Shown here: in pieces, positions 58,069 through 64,000 of the stretch
How the letters are laid out: each line of letters starts with the position of its first letter
Position numbering within the stretch: the first letter of the stretch is position 1
DNA from: a virus
Taxonomy: Duplodnaviria; Caudoviricetes
Strand: one strand, 5' to 3'
Virus record (IMG/VR): IMGVR_UViG_3300021431_000100
Coordinates: 24,871-88,870 of that record
Length of the DNA: 64,000 nt
The notes under the pieces: generated by a model
What the model was told of the DNA's origin: nothing
The model's input: the letters and a program-made list of their open reading frames with translations, nothing else
Databases searched by the model: none
Position numbers and translations under genes: made by a program

Positions 58069-58560
58069 TTAATCAATATGAACAACGTGGTATTTGAAAT
58101 GACCTTCGTATTTTTTGTTCACATGATAGACAATTATATTAGATTGCTCTTTAGTCTTTGAATATGCCGTTACGGAAAGAGTTTTTTGCAACTTGTCGTT
58201 ATATACAATAGTTGTTTCTACAGGAATGTTCAATTCTCTGAGAGTGTCAGCAAGTGCAAATCCGTTTTCTAAACAATCAGCAGTCATAATATAAATAAAA
58301 AGTCTGTCGGATTCTATTTTGTCTAAAAACTTTGGTGGGAAATATGAGCCTGTTAAATTTGCAAAAAATACGATTAATGCAATAATCCATTTATCTTCTG
58401 AGGTAGAATTAGCCATAATGTCTGCCACGAAGATAAACAACATGGCAGACAAGCTATTACAAATAGAAGACAACAAATACTTTTCTTTTATTAAGAAAAC
58501 GTTTTTGATAGTGCTTAAAGCACAGTCAAAAAATTTTAAAAAGAAAGTAATTATAATCAT
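58069..58560 (-). CDS. DUF5698/DUF2179-like membrane protein
   Basis: Three TM helices followed by a small beta domain; LSTIKNVFLIK pattern. Confidence 0.55.
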   Translation of the reverse strand: MIIITFFLKFFDCALSTIKNVFLIKEKYLLSSICNSLSAMLFIFVADIMANSTSEDKWIIALIVFFANLTGSYFPPKFLDKIESDRLFIYIMTADCLENGFALADTLRELNIPVETTIVYNDKLQKTLSVTAYSKTKEQSNIIVYHVNKKYEGHFKYHVVHID

Positions 58561-59153
58561 GAATTAGTTTCCTCTTGCGTTAAATTTGGGGGCTGAATGA
58601 ATTCTTCACCCATAGCATTAACCACTTCTTTACAAATTATATATGCAGGACGATATACGGTGTCTTTTATATGGTCGGGTACATTAATATATGCATACTG
58701 CCCTTGCTTTGCAATTCCGTTTTCTGTCAATTTCTGTAACAAATGACAGTCAAATACAAAATACTTGTAAATGTGTTTCTCGGAAGGGCTTAATGTACTA
58801 AGTTCGCTGTTAATAATATTTCCTATGTCAATCATTGGTCGGGCTTGACCCTGAGAAGCCCCTTGACGATTGAATGTGTTTAATACGTCCCACAAAACCT
58901 CGGTGATTTTACAGGAGATGCGGGTCAAAAAATCAGTAATTATTATAGAATCCTGTTTCCAGTCCTGACAAACATCAGGTACTGCATAAGCTACAGCAAT
59001 GTATTCTGAATCTTCTGTAGTAATAATTAAATTGTGTCGTGTAATCAATATATCCCTAAATGGGTATTTTTCCACTTTTACATGAACATTAAGCATTTTT
59101 GTTAAATCAATGTCCACGATTGTATTGTCGTCAATTTTTGTTAATAAATACAT
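58557..59153 (-). CDS. Hypothetical protein
   Basis: 198-aa coupled ORF. Confidence 0.65.
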   Translation of the reverse strand: MYLLTKIDDNTIVDIDLTKMLNVHVKVEKYPFRDILITRHNLIITTEDSEYIAVAYAVPDVCQDWKQDSIIITDFLTRISCKITEVLWDVLNTFNRQGASQGQARPMIDIGNIINSELSTLSPSEKHIYKYFVFDCHLLQKLTENGIAKQGQYAYINVPDHIKDTVYRPAYIICKEVVNAMGEEFIQPPNLTQEETNS

Positions 59154-60259
59154 TAGTTCAAACCTGCACTTTCAATAAATTTTCGTTCATTTTTCTTTAA
59201 ATAACGAATGGTTTTTTCAAAATGTGTCTTGTCGCACTTATATAAAGAACGAAGCATGTCAATGTCTTGCTTCTGCACCGCATTGATAATTAAAGGTTTT
59301 ATTGCCCTAGAAGATAAACGCCCTGCAACGTAATTCTGAATGATTTCAAAATCTTCGTTACTGCAAGAATAATCTGCCCGATTAAGTGACACAGTAGTAG
59401 TGGCTTTCTTCTTGGCATTGGAAGAATATGTAGGCTCACAATGTTCCATAACATATTGCATTGATTGTTTCTTCAAACTTTGCGTTGCACCACAATACTG
59501 TTTTGGGAAAGCAAAGTTATACATAAACAACAAGTTTTCCTGCTGTTCGTTAGCAACTCTTTCAAGTTCTATTGCCAAATTCTTCTTTGTAATACGGGTC
59601 TTGTCATGGACAAAGTTCTTGAATGCATTCAAATCTTCATGAGTATGTGGAACGTTAGCAAAGTATTCATCATCAAAAACGTCCGTTACAATAGTTTTCT
59701 TGGAGAAACCATTTATCATACTATTAGTATAATAAGAACGGTTTTTCTTGGACACAGGAGCATTAATGGCTTTTAATTCGCCACCGCACCGACAGGAATA
59801 TAAATGCGGATTAAGGAAAAGGTCGCTTTTCTCGTCCACGAGGAAAGGCTTATGACACTTAACGCAAGTCATATTGTATTTTACGTCCAAATCACAATTC
59901 AGGAATTCACTGCTAAAAGTATCTTCAAAAAATACTCCTTCAATTTTTTTTAATTCTTTTAAAGTGCTTTCCTGATTTTTAAATGTTCCGTTTTGATTGG
60001 TGCATACGAGATAACGGATAAACAATTTCTGAATTTTTTTAGAAGTGTTTCTCATATAATGCTCTGAGAATTCTACACAAAACAGATTGTTTTTGGTGTT
60101 GTACCATATTTTTACAGGTAATGCAACTTCTTTTCCGAACCCCGCAAAAATAACGTTTGTGGCACAATTCACCCCGTAATCGTAAATATAGGTCACTACA
60201 GTTGTTCGAGCCATAGCAAATGCACCCATAACTTCTTCTTGTGTTAATTGTTTTTTCAT
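59153..60259 (-). CDS. Hypothetical protein with SprT-like zinc ribbon
   Basis: KYNMTCVKC...YSCRCGGEL ribbon; no HExxH upstream. Confidence 0.5.
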   Translation of the reverse strand: MKKQLTQEEVMGAFAMARTTVVTYIYDYGVNCATNVIFAGFGKEVALPVKIWYNTKNNLFCVEFSEHYMRNTSKKIQKLFIRYLVCTNQNGTFKNQESTLKELKKIEGVFFEDTFSSEFLNCDLDVKYNMTCVKCHKPFLVDEKSDLFLNPHLYSCRCGGELKAINAPVSKKNRSYYTNSMINGFSKKTIVTDVFDDEYFANVPHTHEDLNAFKNFVHDKTRITKKNLAIELERVANEQQENLLFMYNFAFPKQYCGATQSLKKQSMQYVMEHCEPTYSSNAKKKATTTVSLNRADYSCSNEDFEIIQNYVAGRLSSRAIKPLIINAVQKQDIDMLRSLYKCDKTHFEKTIRYLKKNERKFIESAGLN

Positions 60260-60376
60260 CGACTAACCGCACCTCTTTTTTATAAAATTTTTAGCAATAA
60301 TAATATTGTTGTTAAAAATTATATATTGTTTATAAACACATTTTGTAACTTGTGTTTAAGATATTGTATGAATTTA

Positions 60377-60405
60377 AGTATATCGGTATCTTAAACATTT
60401 GTCAA
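60377..60405 (-). promoter_or_regulatory. Sigma-A-like promoter of the minus-strand operon, overlapped by an 11-bp inverted repeat
   Basis: TTGACA-N17-TATACT; TGTTTAAGATA 60353-60363 / TATCTTAAACA 60387-60397. Confidence 0.65.
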
Positions 60406-60508
60406 TATTTTTTTGCATATATTTTTTTTGTTTATAATATTGAAGCAAAATGAATATATTAAATTATAAGAAAAGAAATAGTTCATATTTAATAAGGAAG
60501 GTTTTGTA

Positions 60509-60709
60509 ATGAGTAAAGTAGTCTACATGGTTTTAGGTAATCCACCGATACATGTATTGGCAGACGGGCAACTTATTAAGGAAAACTCCAAATTTGTTTA
60601 TATAGAATTTAATTCAAAAATATATGTCTATGTTAAAACAGAGGAAAATCAAAATGCAATTGTATATAAAGACGTATATAAAGAGGTAAGTTGTGATGGC
60701 AGAATATAA
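60509..60709 (+). CDS. Small hypothetical protein
   Basis: AAGGAAGG RBS. Confidence 0.6.
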   Translation: MSKVVYMVLGNPPIHVLADGQLIKENSKFVYIEFNSKIYVYVKTEENQNAIVYKDVYKEVSCDGRI

Positions 60710-60875
60710 AGTAAAGATTACCAAAACTCAAATTTGTGAAATTATTTTAAAAGCAGAGGACGATGCTGATTTGCAGGAAGTAGTTGACGAAGCTATGTCT
60801 AGCGGAGCATTTAACTTTGACAATCAAGAACCAAAATATAATGTGGAGGTGAATGAGCTTGGTAGAGAAAATTAA
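60693..60875 (+). CDS. Small acidic hypothetical protein
   Basis: GAGG RBS; overlapping ORFs. Confidence 0.6.
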   Translation: MMAEYKVKITKTQICEIILKAEDDADLQEVVDEAMSSGAFNFDNQEPKYNVEVNELGREN

Positions 60876-61062
60876 AGATTTACAGGAACTTTATCAAACA
60901 AATCTTGAATTAAAAAAGCAAGAAGAAGAAACTCGCATTGAGTTGGAAAAACTAATTACTTTAGCCGACGCTTATTATGGCAATAATAGACGCTATGCCA
61001 ACATCATGAGCGGGCTGAGTGGATTTTTAATAGGTGTCGCAGTTACTTTGTTATTCATTTAA
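60853..61062 (+). CDS. Small protein with C-terminal TM helix
   Basis: GGAGG RBS; coiled coil followed by a hydrophobic tail. Confidence 0.6.
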   Translation: MSLVEKIKDLQELYQTNLELKKQEEETRIELEKLITLADAYYGNNRRYANIMSGLSGFLIGVAVTLLFI

Positions 61063-61077
61063 AAAAAAGACGTTGTT

Positions 61078-61239
61078 TTAGCAACGTCTCTTTTTCATTT
61101 CTTCTTTTAAAATTTCTTCAAAAGTTTTATTGTCTTCGTCCTGTTCAGTTTTAATGTCTATATCTTGCTTGTTGTTTGAGGTATTATGGTTAATTAATAC
61201 CGTAGGATTTACAGGAGTGATTCTTAAATAATCATTCAT
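61078..61239 (-). CDS. Small hypothetical protein (53 aa, below cutoff)
   Basis: MNDYLRITPVNP...TFEEILKEEMKKRRC; GAAGGGGA RBS. Confidence 0.55.
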   Translation of the reverse strand: MNDYLRITPVNPTVLINHNTSNNKQDIDIKTEQDEDNKTFEEILKEEMKKRRC

Positions 61240-61329
61240 ATTATCATCCCCTTCTTTACAATATTAATATATTAAAAAAGAAGAAAAATTAACAAACTCA
61301 AAAATTATAAAAAATAATTAAAAAAAGTA

Positions 61330-61358
61330 TTGACAACACAGAACATAAGTAGTATAAT
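61330..61358 (+). promoter_or_regulatory. Consensus sigma-A promoter
   Basis: Perfect TTGACA-N17-TATAAT. Confidence 0.8.
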
Positions 61359-61387
61359 TAGAGTACAAAAAGGAAAGTAGGTTAAAT

Positions 61388-62065
61388 ATGATTTATGTAA
61401 CAGGTGATACCCATATTCCAATCGACGTTTCAAAACTTAATACTGAAAATTTTCCTGAACAAAAACAAATGACAAAATCCGACTATGTAATTGTATTGGG
61501 TGATTTTGGTCTGTATTGGAAAAAGAACAAGACATTTGAATATTGGTATAAATGGTTGCAAGAAAAACCGTGGACTACTTTATGGTTAGACGGTAATCAC
61601 GAGAACCATCAGTGGATAAATAGTATGGAAGTAACTGAATGGAATGGTGGCAAAGTTCATAAAGACGGACATATTATTCATCTAATGAGAGGTCAAGTAT
61701 ATAATATTGAAGAAAAAACGTTTTTCGTTTTTGGAGGAGCTGATTCGATTGACAGAATTTACAGACAGGAAGGTATAGATTGGTGGGCACAAGAAGTGCC
61801 GAATTTTCAAGAAATCAACGAAGGTCTTGATAATTTAGAAAAATATAACAACTCTGTTGACTATGTTTTAACGCATACTTGTCCATATAGTTTGATAACA
61901 AGTATGTTAAAACTTAATCCTAGTGGAATTAATAATGTAGAAAAAATTTTACAACAATTTTATGAAGTGCTGAGTTTTGACAAATGGTATTTTGGTCATT
62001 GGCACACAAATTGTAAAGAAGGAAAATTTGAATGTTTGTATAATAATATAGTAAGGTTGATTTAG
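61388..62065 (+). CDS. Calcineurin-like metallophosphoesterase
   Basis: GDTH, GDFG, DGNHEN, THTCP and FGHWH motifs. Confidence 0.88.
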   Translation: MIYVTGDTHIPIDVSKLNTENFPEQKQMTKSDYVIVLGDFGLYWKKNKTFEYWYKWLQEKPWTTLWLDGNHENHQWINSMEVTEWNGGKVHKDGHIIHLMRGQVYNIEEKTFFVFGGADSIDRIYRQEGIDWWAQEVPNFQEINEGLDNLEKYNNSVDYVLTHTCPYSLITSMLKLNPSGINNVEKILQQFYEVLSFDKWYFGHWHTNCKEGKFECLYNNIVRLI

Positions 62066-62079
62066 AAAGGACGATATTT

Positions 62080-62397
62080 ATGTTGATAGATGGTATGGAA
62101 TTGAAGGATTACGCAGAAAAACGAAAGAAAGAATTTAAGCGTGAAATGGAAAATTGCAATAATAACATTAAAAGAATTGCACGTGATGTACGCAAGGTTC
62201 AGGTAAAATATGAGATTCCTTATACTGAAGTCGGTATGGTGGCAGGTGTTTCTCCAGACACAGTTAGTGAATTTTTGCGTGGCAAGACCACACCACATTT
62301 ATTTACAGCTTGTGCTATTGCTAAAGCCGTAGGTAAATTGAAAAAGATTTATGAGGAACAAAAGAAGAATGATAATAATGCAAAAACAGCAGAATAA
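62080..62397 (+). CDS. XRE-type helix-turn-helix regulator
   Basis: YTEVGMVAGVSPDTVSEFLRGKTTP....CAIAKA. Confidence 0.75.
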   Translation: MLIDGMELKDYAEKRKKEFKREMENCNNNIKRIARDVRKVQVKYEIPYTEVGMVAGVSPDTVSEFLRGKTTPHLFTACAIAKAVGKLKKIYEEQKKNDNNAKTAE

Positions 62398-62452
62398 AAG
62401 CGTATAAAAAAAGCTCGGAGTAATATTTTCCGAGCTTTTTATTTTACTACTA

Positions 62453-62842
62453 TTAATATTGATTGATTTTCTTTTGAATTTCTTTAGTAGTATTTTCATA
62501 CTCAAATACATTACATAAAGTATTTTCATATAAGTATTGAGCATTCTTCATAATTTTCTTAAAACGTTTTGCCATCGCTTGATTGAGTTTTGCAAAAGCT
62601 TTCTTTCTTGCAATAGCCTTACCTTTTGCAATATCAAATTCGTTTTCGTCTTCTTCGTCATACTTGGCGATACCTGTATAAGACTTAGATAATTTTAAAG
62701 CGTCTCCATTAATATAAATCATATTATTAGAATACGCTTTTAGTAGATTGTCCAATTTGTTGAGCGGGCAATCTGCAACTTCGTCACCTTCAATGGTGCA
62801 TGTAATGATTTTTTTGTCTTCGTCTACATGATAAGTAATCAC
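62453..62842 (-). CDS. Hypothetical phage protein
   Basis: GTG start after AGAAAGGAAG; YTGIAKY...FD..KGK.IA motif. Confidence 0.65.
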   Translation of the reverse strand: MITYHVDEDKKIITCTIEGDEVADCPLNKLDNLLKAYSNNMIYINGDALKLSKSYTGIAKYDEEDENEFDIAKGKAIARKKAFAKLNQAMAKRFKKIMKNAQYLYENTLCNVFEYENTTKEIQKKINQY

Positions 62843-63067
62843 TTTACAACTACACTTCCTTTCTAATATAGTATATTCAAATAAAATCAATTTGTAAAAA
62901 AAATAAAAAAAGTTCAAATTACTATTGACATAATGTTAAAAATATGATACTCTATATACAGAGTTAAACAAACGGTTTGTCAAAAATAAATATTAAGAAG
63001 GGTATTGACAAACTAAACAGGATATGATACAATGTTCTTAACTTAAAGAAAGAAAAGAGGTAATAAA

Positions 63068-63250
63068 ATGGCTATGTTGAAAACAACAAATTTTGAAATT
63101 AATGAAGCAATTAAGGAGCTTGAAATTGCAGAGAACCACTTCAACAATGCTGACCCACAGTTTATTGAAAGTGCATTGTTGCGATTGGCAAGTGCACAGG
63201 AAAAGCTCAACGCACTTTTTAAGATGCGGAAGAACGAAACTGCTGTATAG
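63068..63250 (+). CDS. DUF2508 (YaaL)-like small helical protein
   Basis: ELEIAENHFNNADP.FIE.AL..L..A..K.N.L pattern; own promoter. Confidence 0.55.
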   Translation: MAMLKTTNFEINEAIKELEIAENHFNNADPQFIESALLRLASAQEKLNALFKMRKNETAV

Positions 63251-63326
63251 TAAAAAAAGTTGACAATCAAATTCAATTATGTTAGTATAACCAAGTGTTA
63301 AAAAACAGGAAAGAGGTAATGAAAAA

Positions 63327-64000
63327 ATGGCAAACAAAAACGTAACACATTCCAAGAACTACATTCAGATTGTACCAAATGATTTTATCAATCTGTTCCT
63401 TGATTTGTATTCTCACGAGAATTCAATTGAACGTAACCCTGCAATTATGCTTTGGGGTCAGCCTGGTGTTGGCAAGTCTCAGGCAGTAAAGGAAGCTGCA
63501 CAACTTCTTGCTAAAAAGCTTCATAGAAAGGCAAAGGTAACTGTTGCTTCTCTGTTGCTTATGAACCCAATTGACCTTCGTGGTATTCCTGCCAAGGCTG
63601 AAAATGACGCAGGTGAAATTGTAGCTCGTTGGCTGACTCCTGAGATTTTTAAGATGGACGATAGCGACGATGTATTAAATGTACTGTTTCTTGACGAAAT
63701 TTCCGCTGCTCCACCTTCTGTTCAGGCTGCTGCTTATCAGATTTGTCTTGATAAGCGTGTTGGTGAGCATCAGCTTCCAAAGAATTGTATTGTAATCGCC
63801 GCAGGTAACAGAATCACCGATAAGGCAGTAGCATACAAGATGCCAAAGCCTCTTGGCAACCGTCTTACCCATTTTGAAATGGTAGCTTCCGTAGAGGACT
63901 GGAAGAAGTGGGCTTACAAGAATGATATTGATACTCGTATCATTGGTTTCATTAACCATGACCATGATTATCTGTGTAGATTCGACCCTTCCGTAGAGGA
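63327..64000 (+). CDS. MoxR-like AAA+ ATPase, 3'-truncated (absent from the ORF track)
   Basis: LWGQPGVGKS, PIDLRGIP, LFLDEI and AAGNR...PL.NR motifs; own promoter and AGAGG RBS; runs off the window. Confidence 0.85.
   Translation, partial: MANKNVTHSKNYIQIVPNDFINLFLDLYSHENSIERNPAIMLWGQPGVGKSQAVKEAAQLLAKKLHRKAKVTVASLLLMNPIDLRGIPAKAENDAGEIVARWLTPEIFKMDDSDDVLNVLFLDEISAAPPSVQAAAYQICLDKRVGEHQLPKNCIVIAAGNRITDKAVAYKMPKPLGNRLTHFEMVASVEDWKKWAYKNDIDTRIIGFINHDHDYLCRFDPSVE

Noticed and set aside
1-64000. Stop-codon reassignment or tRNA genes
   Set aside because: Conserved genes are full length in the standard code with dense coding, and I recognised no tRNA cloverleaf or T-loop motifs by eye

Overview
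AT-rich, gene-dense 64-kb segment that looks like part of a jumbo phage genome (standard genetic code; TTGACA-N17-TATAAT promoters). The host is probably a Firmicute, and exported LPP20-like proteins hint at diderm Negativicutes. Replication, recombination and nucleotide genes (dnaE, ruvC-like, sbcCD, gp32-like SSB, thyX, rdgB, UvsW-like helicase, recA, dnaG core, phoH, nrdG) are interleaved with tail-fibre and virion genes. Three things stand out. (1) A self-contained type I-F CRISPR effector operon in the order cas7f-cas6f-cas8f::HNH-cas5f, with an HNH nuclease fused to Cas8f. I found no cas1, cas2-3 or CRISPR array in the window, and a long structured RNA-like segment follows the operon. 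(2) A fractured DNA polymerase III alpha gene. It begins with a stand-alone 38-aa C-terminal split intein and is also interrupted by a group I intron carrying an antisense homing endonuclease, so active enzyme should need both RNA splicing and protein trans-splicing. (3) Several apparent pseudoenzymes (CCA-adding-like, NADAR-like, SprT-like), a Cys-Gln repeat protein and candidate ncRNAs. All family calls come from motif recognition by eye; no database searches were run.
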